57,285 nucleotides of DNA from a virus. Lineage: Duplodnaviria; Caudoviricetes. The DNA lies in the IMG/VR virus record IMGVR_UViG_3300049144_000011, positions 1 through 57,285 of that record; one strand, 5' to 3'. This document shows, one piece after another, positions 35,632-44,509 of the stretch. Made by a program: the position numbers and the translations under genes. The notes below the pieces were generated by a model. The model ran no database searches, was not told the origin of the DNA, and saw nothing but the letters and a program-made list of their open reading frames with translations. Position 1 is the stretch's first letter; the number at the start of each line of letters is the position of its first letter.

Positions 35632-38600
35632 ATGGCTACGACTGGCAGCGGCCGAGGGCCCATCAAGGTTGGGTCGGGCTACATTGACGTCTTTCCCAAG
35701 ATCAACCAGAAGCAGCTTCGTGAGGCCAAGGCTCAGCTCGAAAAGCAGATGGGAGCATCTGGGAAGAAGGCAGGAAAGGCCCTCTCGGAGGGCATCTCTT
35801 CTCAACTGGCTACTATCCCCAAGAAGGTTGCGCAAGCCTCTCAGAAGGCTCAGAAGGAGCTTCAGAAGGGTGCTCAGGACTCCAAGAAGGTCCTGAAGCG
35901 CATTGAGCAGGAGATCACCCGGGACTACGGCAAGGAGGCCGGTAAGAGGTTCCGTGAGGCTGCCGAGCTGGAGAAGAAGAAGCAGAAGCTTCTTGAGGGC
36001 ACCTCCGCTGAGACTCGACGCGCTCTCCAGGCCACGCTTCGGGAAGAGCAGCAGGCAGCCCGTACGTCTTCGCGGTCCTGGGAGACCGCTGAACGGGAAC
36101 GTCTTCGGATGCTCCAAGAGCGTAAGAAGGCTGCCGAGAAGGCAGCTCGTGATGAGGTCGCAGCCCAGCGCAGGGCACAGCAGCAGATTCGAGATGAGTA
36201 CAGGCGAACCCTGACTGAGACTCGTACTGCCCGGCTGGCTGACCTCCGAAGCCAGTTGGACGGACAACGGGACCAGGCGGCAACCCTGCGGAACAATCTC
36301 CGTGACTATCGACGGCAGATGGACGACCACACTCGGTCTGTCGGTCGGGGGATAGCTGGTCTTCAAAGGGGTTGGCGCCGGCAGGGCGAGGCGATTGAGC
36401 GCCTCGGCACCAACATCACCGAGACGGGTCGACTGGTAACGACTCATCTCCTGGCACCTCTTACTGCGGTTTCGGGGGCACTCACCACCATTGGTGTGCA
36501 GTCCGCGGACATGAGGATCCTCGGTCAGATGGGCCTCACTGCTGCTGGTGTCTCCAAGAAGACCAGTGCTGACCAGATGAGGAATATCCAGCAGTACGCC
36601 ATTGATACTCCCTTCAGCATCGACACGATGCACGAATACCAAATGAAGCTCATTCGCTCCATCGCGGGCAATGACAATTCCTGGTACAAGAAGGACACGC
36701 GTACAGAGGCTGCTAACCGGGCTGCCACCAAGACCACAGACATCATCATGTCCGTTGGTGACACCATGGCTCGGGCTGGAAACCTCGATCCCGAGATGTT
36801 CAAGCGAGCCATGTACGCGGTTGACCGCATCATGGACCTTGACAAGGCTCCTACTCGAAACATCAACCAGCTCGTTCAGTCCACGGGTATCCCGGCTGGT
36901 GAGCTTGCCCGCATGTTCGGGTTCGAGAATGCAGGCGCCTTCTGGAAGAAGGTCGGCACTCCCGTTGCCAAGGGTGGTGGCATTTCGGGCCAGGACATGG
37001 TGAACAACCTTCTCCAGTTCTGGGACCCGAATTATTTCGTCATGGGCAAGGATGGGAAGCCCAAGATTGACCCGAAGACGGGTCAGCCCATCATGAACCC
37101 GAAGGCCCATAGCACGGCTGGTGGTTCCAAGGGCTATGGTGAGCGGATGACCTCGGCCACTATCACGGGCCGTGTCTCCCAGATCAAGGAACGTGCTCAG
37201 TACGAACTTGGCTCCCTTTTCGCCAAGGAGAACAAGAAGACCGGCGAGTACGAATACACCGGTCTTGGTCAGTCCATCATGGGTAAGGCCACTGGTAAGG
37301 ACAAGAACGGCAACGTCCAGTATGAGGGCGGGCTTCTCCAGCAGATACAGCAGCTCGGAGGAGACCAGAAGAGCAATGTTGTCACTCTCCTGAAGACGTT
37401 CTTTGACGCTATCGGAACCTTCGTTGAACAGCTTCAGTGGTTCTCGGACTGGCTGAATGCTCATCCGCAGGTCAAGGAAGTCTTCGCGAATCTCCTGAAG
37501 ATGGCTGCTACGGCACTGCCGTTCATCATCGCTATTGGACTGGCAACCAAGACCCTTGGCAAGCTAAACAAGATTTTCGCATCTGCTCTCACACCACTCG
37601 CCGGGGCCTTCAAGGGCATCCGCGGAGCGGTCCGGACAGGTCGTCAGGTTGGCTCCGGTGTCCGAGCTGGTCTCCAGGGCGGGGACATGGAAGACCGGCG
37701 AAACCGGATGTCTCAGGCGTACCGGGACCGCCGTACTCAGCTGCGTGGAGGTGACACCCGAGGACCCATCGCCCGTACCCGGGACAGGGCCACCGGAGGT
37801 GACGCGAACCTGAACAGGCTTCGCGGGCAGATCCGTGACACCGAGGACGCCATCAGGCGGACCGAGGACAGCGTCACTGATCTTCAGAGGCAGATCCGGG
37901 AAGTCAACAGCGTCTCTATCCGTCAGCTCGTCGACCAGTTCGCCGGCACGACTGGTTCCGGCAGCCTCCAGGGTGCAGCCCAGAACGCCGGTAGTCAGGT
38001 CAACAACGCCACGACTCAGGTCACCCAGCTCAACCGGCAGGGCCTTGGGGCTGTCTCTGGTGAGGTCACAGGGCTACACGACAAGGTCAAGGACCTGGTC
38101 CAGGAGGTCAAGAACGCTTCGGGTGCTGTCGAGAAGCTGGACGGCAAGAAGCTCACCGCTTTCAAGGTCACCGTGGACTCAGCTCACGGCACGGTTGAGG
38201 ACCTCAAGAACAAGATCGACCAGACGGCCTCCTCAACGGGCCGGCTCAACGCCAAGAAGCTGAGCAGTCTCCGTAAGGAGTTCTCGGCCACCACGACCAC
38301 AGCGGGCAAGACAGAGTCCAAGATCAAGGACGTTCGCAGCCGTGTGGCCACTCTGAACGGTGCTGGACTCGCCTCGATCATCAAGAAGTTCAACTCCCTG
38401 GACTCTGCTGCAAACGAGGTCTACAAGCGAGTCGGCACGACCAACAGCGGTGTGAACGGCCGTATCACTACGCTCAATGGTCGGAGCCTGAAGACCATCA
38501 CTGATCGGGTCAAGAAGCTGGGTGACCAGCTCAAGGACACTGGCGATAAAGCCAACACCCTGAACAACAAGCTGAACGACATCTCCAAGCACGCTCCTGG

Positions 38601-41202
38601 TGGGGGCGGAGGAGGAGGTAAGGACTCTCCACCCAAGAAGAGGAGGAGGGCCCTTGGTGGCGTTCTTCCCGGATATACACCCGGGCAGGACGTACACAAG
38701 TTTGTCAGCCCTACCGCGGGCATCTTGGAGTTGTCCGGTGGCGAGTCGGTTATGCGCCCCGAATGGACTGCTGCCGTTGGCCCTGGCTTCGTCAATGAGA
38801 TGAACCTGATTGCCCGTACCAAGGGCGTTCACGGTATTCGTCAGGCGATGAAGTTTGCCGGCGGAGGCATCATTGACAAGCTCGGTCTTGGTGGTCTGAT
38901 CGAGGCCGCAAGGAGTTCCAACATCGGTCCTGACGTCCGTGCTGCGGCCCAAACCATGACTATGGACAGCTCTTCACGGGCTCTCGGTGGTGGTGTCCAG
39001 AGCGGTGTCGTTGGCTCCGGTACGGCTGGATCCAAGTTCATTGGCTCCGACATTGCAGACCGTCTTGACACCATGCGGAAGTTCTTCACCAATGATGCTT
39101 GGGAGGCCCTGAAGAAGCTTCCTATCCCAGATGGCATAAGTCAGGTTGTAGGCATCATCGGAGGTGCTATTGCTCCGGTTGCTGGTGACTACTGGTGGGA
39201 TGACGTCTGGAAGGGCCAGGGAAACATTCTTGAGAGAGGAAATGCCTTCCTCGGAGACCTGTTCTCGACCAAGACCCTGAAGAGCGTCATTTCTAACCTC
39301 TTCGGCGGAGTCTGGGACTCAGCAAAGGGACTGTTCAACGGTGCGAAGGCACTCATTACCGACCCGATAGGCACCGTAAAGGACACCATCGGTGGTCTCT
39401 GGGAGATGACCCGTCAGCAGTATGACGGGGTCATTGACACGGTAAAGGGTCTGCGTGAAATCTGGCAGAACCCGAAGGACTACGCCTCACAGGTCATCCG
39501 GGACATCTATTCGACTGCGAAGGAGTCCCTCCCCAATCTCGAAGGTCTCTTTGACTTCAGCGGGGAGGGTCTTTCCAGCAAGAAGCCGGATGTTTCTGGG
39601 CTGCTGGATTCCCAGCTGAGTGCACCTGGGGCTGGTTCCTCCGTTACTCGGTGGACTCCTCAGGTCAAGATGGCTCTTGCACAGCTCGGGCTTCCTGCGT
39701 CTGCGCTCGACCTGGTTCTTCACCGTATCCAGGTGGAGTCTGGAGGTAACCCGAAGGCCATCAACAACTGGGACATCAACGCCAAGAACGGTGTTCCGTC
39801 TCAGGGCCTGATGCAGACCATTCCCCCAACGTTCAACTCGTACGCCGGCCCGTACCGGTCTCGGGGAATCACTGACCCAATGGCCAACATCTATGCCGGC
39901 CTGAACTACGCGGTCCACCGCTACGGCTCGGGATGGATGAAGGCTCTCTCCGGAAACAAGGGCTATGCCAAGGGCACCGATGGTGCCGCTCCTGGCTGGG
40001 CTTGGGTCGGGGAACAGGGCCCGGAGCTGGTGAAGTTCAAGGGTGGAGAGACTGTTCTCAACGCCCGGGATTCCCTGGCTGCCAGTGGGAACGTGAAGCG
40101 GGGCTACGCCTCAGGAACCACGAACTCAGGTCTCTACAAGGCGACCATCGGAAGTGTCAGCCAACTCAACACGGCCATTGGCAAGATGCGTGATTTGATC
40201 TCCAAGGCGTTCTCAGCCGAGCTGATCTCCAAGGGTCGATTCGGCTCTCTGTCCAAGTGGCTGGAGAAGGAGAACAAGGCACTCACCAAGGCTGCGAACA
40301 AGCGGGCTGACATCGCCAAGAAGATCAAGGAGGCTAACGACCGGCTGACTAACCTCCGCAAAGAGCGCGACGAGATGGCCTCGAACCTTTCTGGTCAAGT
40401 CAGTGGAGGTACGCCGCTCACCGCAGCGTTCAACGGTGGTGGAGGTGTCACGGCCACCTCTGCTCTTGCAGGGCTCAAGGACCGACTGAAGGCAATCAAT
40501 GACTTCAAAAAGAACCTTGCCGCTCTGACCAAGAAGGGTTACTCCAAGGAGATAATCAACGAGGTCGCGTCTGCCGGCCTGGAGCAAGGAAACGAGATGG
40601 CTAAGGCTCTTCTCTCTGCTTCCTCGTCCCAGGTGAAGGACATCACCAAGACCTACTCAGACGTCTTCAAGGCGTCCGATTCCTTGGGCAAGTCCGTTGC
40701 TGGCCAGTACTACAAGGCGGGTGAGGACTCCGCGAAGGCCATGATTGCCGGTTTGAAGTCGCAGGAGAAGGCACTTCTTAAGAGCATCTCCACCACGGTG
40801 AACAAGGTAATCGCCAAGCTCCGTAAGGACCTTGGTATTGGAAAGTCGGAGGCAGTCCGTTCCGACATTGCTTCGCTGCTTACTTGGCTCACAGGGGCCA
40901 GCCAGCCTTCAAAGCCCTCCAAGTCCTCCTCTTCGAAGAAGAAGACGAAGAAGAAGAAAAAGGGCTACTGGACAGGGACCCTTTCAGCCTCTCCGGGCCT
41001 CGCCCTGGTGGGCGAGAGGGGTCCCGAGTTGGTCAACTTCAGCGGAGGTGAGCGGGTCTACAACTCCCGTGAGACCGAAGCCCTGATGGCCGGTAGCCGG
41101 CCGGTCTATCTGACCATCAACGAGGCCAAGCACGAGACCACCCCTCAGGCCGTACTTCGCGGTCTTCAGTGGGTGGATTCCATGTATGGCAACAGGCTCT
41201 AG
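35632..41202 (+). CDS. Tape measure protein with SLT transglycosylase domain
   Basis: 1856 aa, helical; ESGGNPKAIN.WD.NA..G.PSQGLMQ; VGE.GPELV motifs. Confidence 0.95.
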   Translation: MATTGSGRGPIKVGSGYIDVFPKINQKQLREAKAQLEKQMGASGKKAGKALSEGISSQLATIPKKVAQASQKAQKELQKGAQDSKKVLKRIEQEITRDYGKEAGKRFREAAELEKKKQKLLEGTSAETRRALQATLREEQQAARTSSRSWETAERERLRMLQERKKAAEKAARDEVAAQRRAQQQIRDEYRRTLTETRTARLADLRSQLDGQRDQAATLRNNLRDYRRQMDDHTRSVGRGIAGLQRGWRRQGEAIERLGTNITETGRLVTTHLLAPLTAVSGALTTIGVQSADMRILGQMGLTAAGVSKKTSADQMRNIQQYAIDTPFSIDTMHEYQMKLIRSIAGNDNSWYKKDTRTEAANRAATKTTDIIMSVGDTMARAGNLDPEMFKRAMYAVDRIMDLDKAPTRNINQLVQSTGIPAGELARMFGFENAGAFWKKVGTPVAKGGGISGQDMVNNLLQFWDPNYFVMGKDGKPKIDPKTGQPIMNPKAHSTAGGSKGYGERMTSATITGRVSQIKERAQYELGSLFAKENKKTGEYEYTGLGQSIMGKATGKDKNGNVQYEGGLLQQIQQLGGDQKSNVVTLLKTFFDAIGTFVEQLQWFSDWLNAHPQVKEVFANLLKMAATALPFIIAIGLATKTLGKLNKIFASALTPLAGAFKGIRGAVRTGRQVGSGVRAGLQGGDMEDRRNRMSQAYRDRRTQLRGGDTRGPIARTRDRATGGDANLNRLRGQIRDTEDAIRRTEDSVTDLQRQIREVNSVSIRQLVDQFAGTTGSGSLQGAAQNAGSQVNNATTQVTQLNRQGLGAVSGEVTGLHDKVKDLVQEVKNASGAVEKLDGKKLTAFKVTVDSAHGTVEDLKNKIDQTASSTGRLNAKKLSSLRKEFSATTTTAGKTESKIKDVRSRVATLNGAGLASIIKKFNSLDSAANEVYKRVGTTNSGVNGRITTLNGRSLKTITDRVKKLGDQLKDTGDKANTLNNKLNDISKHAPGGGGGGGKDSPPKKRRRALGGVLPGYTPGQDVHKFVSPTAGILELSGGESVMRPEWTAAVGPGFVNEMNLIARTKGVHGIRQAMKFAGGGIIDKLGLGGLIEAARSSNIGPDVRAAAQTMTMDSSSRALGGGVQSGVVGSGTAGSKFIGSDIADRLDTMRKFFTNDAWEALKKLPIPDGISQVVGIIGGAIAPVAGDYWWDDVWKGQGNILERGNAFLGDLFSTKTLKSVISNLFGGVWDSAKGLFNGAKALITDPIGTVKDTIGGLWEMTRQQYDGVIDTVKGLREIWQNPKDYASQVIRDIYSTAKESLPNLEGLFDFSGEGLSSKKPDVSGLLDSQLSAPGAGSSVTRWTPQVKMALAQLGLPASALDLVLHRIQVESGGNPKAINNWDINAKNGVPSQGLMQTIPPTFNSYAGPYRSRGITDPMANIYAGLNYAVHRYGSGWMKALSGNKGYAKGTDGAAPGWAWVGEQGPELVKFKGGETVLNARDSLAASGNVKRGYASGTTNSGLYKATIGSVSQLNTAIGKMRDLISKAFSAELISKGRFGSLSKWLEKENKALTKAANKRADIAKKIKEANDRLTNLRKERDEMASNLSGQVSGGTPLTAAFNGGGGVTATSALAGLKDRLKAINDFKKNLAALTKKGYSKEIINEVASAGLEQGNEMAKALLSASSSQVKDITKTYSDVFKASDSLGKSVAGQYYKAGEDSAKAMIAGLKSQEKALLKSISTTVNKVIAKLRKDLGIGKSEAVRSDIASLLTWLTGASQPSKPSKSSSSKKKTKKKKKGYWTGTLSASPGLALVGERGPELVNFSGGERVYNSRETEALMAGSRPVYLTINEAKHETTPQAVLRGLQWVDSMYGNRL

Positions 41203-41217
41203 AAAAGAGGTGGACGT

Positions 41218-42207
41218 ATGCCGATTCCGGCGCTAAAGGCACCTCCGGTTCCCATACCGCCGAGGCCAACTCCTCCACAGCCGGTGCATTGGGGGAGGAC
41301 ATACGTGTCCATCACAGGGAAGAACGGTGAGGGGGAGGAAATCCCCCTCACCGACTTCTCTGATCCTCGTTGGCCGGGCATTGTGATGATGCCCGGTGCT
41401 ACGGGGTTGGACGCACCTCCTTTCGAGCTGCATGCAGATGACAGCCCCAACCTTGATGGTGGAATCTTCCGGGACGCCAGGGCTGTAGCTCGGGAAATCA
41501 TGGTCCCGATATTTCTTCACGGCATCGACCGTAAGACGATCCGCGACCTGAAGAGCCGGCTCGTCTCGAACCTGAACCCCAAGAAGGGGTTCTGTGTGCT
41601 CAAGTTCGTAGAGGGTGACGCCGTACCGCGGTACCTGCGCTGCTACTACAAGGGCGGCATGGAGGGCAGTGAGGACCAGGACCAGGCCGGCTTCACCTGG
41701 AAGAAGTTCGGCATCCAACTGACCGCGTATGACCCGTACTTCTACTCAGAAGACGTGCAGGTAGCTCAGTGGGAGTTCGGCTCTCAGGTGGCTTTCCTGT
41801 CCTCAACAGCACCCTTCTACCCGCTGCGTATCAACGCTGGTCTTCTCAACGGTGATGAGATCTCCGTGTTCAACCCCGGGGACGTCGAAGCGTGGCCGAG
41901 GTGGGAACTGACAGGGCCCATCAAGGCATTCAACTTCGTTGGCCCGGATGGCGAGAGCTTCGGTGTGAACGCCAAGGGGGATGGCTCAGACGTTGTAGCG
42001 GCCGGCCGCACCCTCGTAGTTGACACGAGGCCCGGTTACAAGTCCCTCAAGGACGACCTAGGGGCCACCTATTGGCCCTTGCTCAAAGCACAACCAGAAC
42101 TCTGGTCCATCCCTGAAGGGGATTCGAAGTGCACGGTGAGCATCACTCCGGGATCTACAAGTGCCGAGGTCCGATTGACCTTTCAGCCGAGATACGAGGG
42201 CTACTGA
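41218..42207 (+). CDS. Distal tail (Dit)-like minor tail protein
   Basis: Follows the tape measure gene; DPYFY; NPGDVEAWP. Confidence 0.82.
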   Translation: MPIPALKAPPVPIPPRPTPPQPVHWGRTYVSITGKNGEGEEIPLTDFSDPRWPGIVMMPGATGLDAPPFELHADDSPNLDGGIFRDARAVAREIMVPIFLHGIDRKTIRDLKSRLVSNLNPKKGFCVLKFVEGDAVPRYLRCYYKGGMEGSEDQDQAGFTWKKFGIQLTAYDPYFYSEDVQVAQWEFGSQVAFLSSTAPFYPLRINAGLLNGDEISVFNPGDVEAWPRWELTGPIKAFNFVGPDGESFGVNAKGDGSDVVAAGRTLVVDTRPGYKSLKDDLGATYWPLLKAQPELWSIPEGDSKCTVSITPGSTSAEVRLTFQPRYEGY

Positions 42208-42208
42208 T

Positions 42209-43441
42209 ATGGGATACAGGATCGAGGTACGGGACAAGGATCTGAACCGCATTGGTGAGATAGACACTTGGCTTCAGCTTGACATTGTGGTCCGGTACTG
42301 CGACCAAGGCTCTTGGAAGCTCCTTGTCCGGGCAGGAACTGACCAGGCTGAACTTCTCCAACGTGGTGGAGGCGTGGCCATCTACCAGGATGGTGTGGAA
42401 AAGCCAATCATCACCGGTCAGATCGAGGACTTCCAGAAGTACTTCACCGTGGAACAGCACTCGTCCATGGGCTCCCTGTTCGTGGGAGGTATGTGTGACA
42501 ACAAGTTGGCCTACAGCCGGCTTGCCTTCCCTGATCCTTCCCTTGCTGTCTCCAAGCAGTACTCCTCCCCCAACGACACTCGAACGGTGAACACCTCTAC
42601 AGGCTCCGCTATTTGGTACGAGCTGGAGCACGCCATGGGGGCTTCGGCCCTTGCCAACAGGCGTATCCCTGGGGTGAAAATCGGGGCGAGGCCTGTCCTT
42701 GGCAACGTCACTAACGACACCCTTCGTTACGACGTCATCGGGGAGAAACTGGCCAACTGGTGCGAAACCAAGAAGGTTGGCTACAGGTTCCTCTATAACG
42801 CGGACACCAAATCGATTGACCTGGACATCTTTACCCCCAAGGACAAGAGCAAGGAAGTCCGCTTCTCCACTGACCTGGGAAACCTCAGGGAATTCATTTG
42901 GACTCTGTCCGCCCCGAAGGTGACTCGGGTCATCGTGGCTTGCCAGGGCGAGGGTAAGGCCCGGTACGTGTACCAGAAGATTGACGCAGCCACTGAGGCC
43001 GAATGGGGTCTACAGATCGAGGCGTTCGTAGACAGGCGAGACCTGCCTATCGTCACTGACATGGCTACGGGACAGCCCGTGAAGGCGTCCCTGGACGTCA
43101 CAGACGCTGAATTTCAGAGTGCCCTTCAGGCTGTCCAGCAGTCCGCGGATACCGCCCTCAAGGAGGGCGAGAAAAACGGCAATTTTCAGATCTATCCAAT
43201 TGATACGGATCAGATCAAGTTCGGTCGGGACTACTTCGTAGGTGACCTCGTCGCCGTGACTGTCGACGGAACCGAATACGTGGACATGGTCCGCGAAGTC
43301 AACATCACGGTTGACGACGGAGGCAACGCGGTAACTGTTGCTCCGAAGATCGGTGAGCAAGGGAACGGTGACCCCCTGAACCTCTACAAGACCGTTTTTG
43401 AGATGAGAGAGAAGCTGCGCAAGCTGGAAGCGAGGATGTGA
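42209..43441 (+). CDS. Minor tail/baseplate hub protein (Gp37-like)
   Basis: GQGEG-like CQGEG..R; E.FVDRRD; FGRDYFVGD.V. Confidence 0.82.
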   Translation: MGYRIEVRDKDLNRIGEIDTWLQLDIVVRYCDQGSWKLLVRAGTDQAELLQRGGGVAIYQDGVEKPIITGQIEDFQKYFTVEQHSSMGSLFVGGMCDNKLAYSRLAFPDPSLAVSKQYSSPNDTRTVNTSTGSAIWYELEHAMGASALANRRIPGVKIGARPVLGNVTNDTLRYDVIGEKLANWCETKKVGYRFLYNADTKSIDLDIFTPKDKSKEVRFSTDLGNLREFIWTLSAPKVTRVIVACQGEGKARYVYQKIDAATEAEWGLQIEAFVDRRDLPIVTDMATGQPVKASLDVTDAEFQSALQAVQQSADTALKEGEKNGNFQIYPIDTDQIKFGRDYFVGDLVAVTVDGTEYVDMVREVNITVDDGGNAVTVAPKIGEQGNGDPLNLYKTVFEMREKLRKLEARM

Positions 43442-43442
43442 A

Positions 43443-44495
43443 ATGGCAGAAATCAGCTACCCGTTTGCGAACGATAGTGCTGGTGGCGGCACGAAAATGG
43501 TGTCCCAAGTCGAATGGCAGAACATGGCCCACCTCTGGGCAGCGGACCGCATTGACTTCCAGCTGACGAAGAACACCTACCAGCCAACAGACTTGCCCTT
43601 CTTTGCTGCGATTGTTGGGGCCAATGTCGTTGTCCAGGCTGGGTCTGCCTGGGTCGGTGGCTTCTACTACCGGAACGACTCTCCCCGCTCTCTGCCGGCC
43701 CCGACCAATGCCGGCGCCCAGCCTCGCATTGACCTCGTGGTCCTGCGAGTGGACTACGTTGCGGGGTCTGTGAATCTGGCGATCAAGCCGGGCCAGGCCG
43801 CGACCACTCCCCTTGAGCCGGCCATGCAGAGGACTCCTGGCGGTGTATGGGAGATGCCTCTCTGGTCGATCTACCTGAACGCGAACAACGGGGCCCGAAC
43901 TGTTAACGACCGTCGTCGTTTCGACGTTCCTGGTTTTGTGGAAGTTCCTTGGAACCGCTCTGAAGTGTCGATGAGTATCCCTGTCGGGAACTTCACCCTG
44001 GATATGGATAGCAACAACAACCATTTCCAGCATGAGGGTTTCCGCGGTAGGGATGGTGACATGATCACCCGAACCCTTGGCCAGCGAGAGTATTACACCC
44101 CGGACCTCTTCACCGTGACCAATAAGCCTGCTGCGGCTAACCGCAAGGGCTACTGGCGCTACATCGCCCCCGGAACCGTGCAGTTCTCCGTGTCCTTCAA
44201 CAACACGTCGACCAAGGCCGTGAGCACAACCACCACAATCATTGGCTTCACACTGCCTGTGCCAGCGACCAAGACCATTGCGAGTTCCTTCCACGGATTC
44301 CTTGAGAACCCGGAGGTCCGGGACAGTCTTCCGAACTTCATCGATATCCCCGCAAGGTCGACTGGTGGACAGAACGCCTACCTCTACTACGCCAACACAA
44401 CCACGCTCAAGCAGGGCCTTGACGGGCTCCGACTCATTCCCGGTAAGTCAACGCTGACTATCACTGGAGTCTACGAGACGAATCAATTTGACTAG
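43443..44495 (+). CDS. Minor tail protein
   Basis: SYPF; G.AWV.G; PRIDLVVLR; WEMPL; D.RRF. Confidence 0.8.
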   Translation: MAEISYPFANDSAGGGTKMVSQVEWQNMAHLWAADRIDFQLTKNTYQPTDLPFFAAIVGANVVVQAGSAWVGGFYYRNDSPRSLPAPTNAGAQPRIDLVVLRVDYVAGSVNLAIKPGQAATTPLEPAMQRTPGGVWEMPLWSIYLNANNGARTVNDRRRFDVPGFVEVPWNRSEVSMSIPVGNFTLDMDSNNNHFQHEGFRGRDGDMITRTLGQREYYTPDLFTVTNKPAAANRKGYWRYIAPGTVQFSVSFNNTSTKAVSTTTTIIGFTLPVPATKTIASSFHGFLENPEVRDSLPNFIDIPARSTGGQNAYLYYANTTTLKQGLDGLRLIPGKSTLTITGVYETNQFD

Positions 44496-44509
44496 GTGAA
44501 GGGGCTCAC

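Noticed and set aside
35458-37464. 668-aa minus-strand ORF and other long antisense ORFs (47232-48359, 43305-44294, 8567-9475, 3015-4052)
   Set aside because: Shadows of high-GC coding genes on the other strand, with no motifs or RBS
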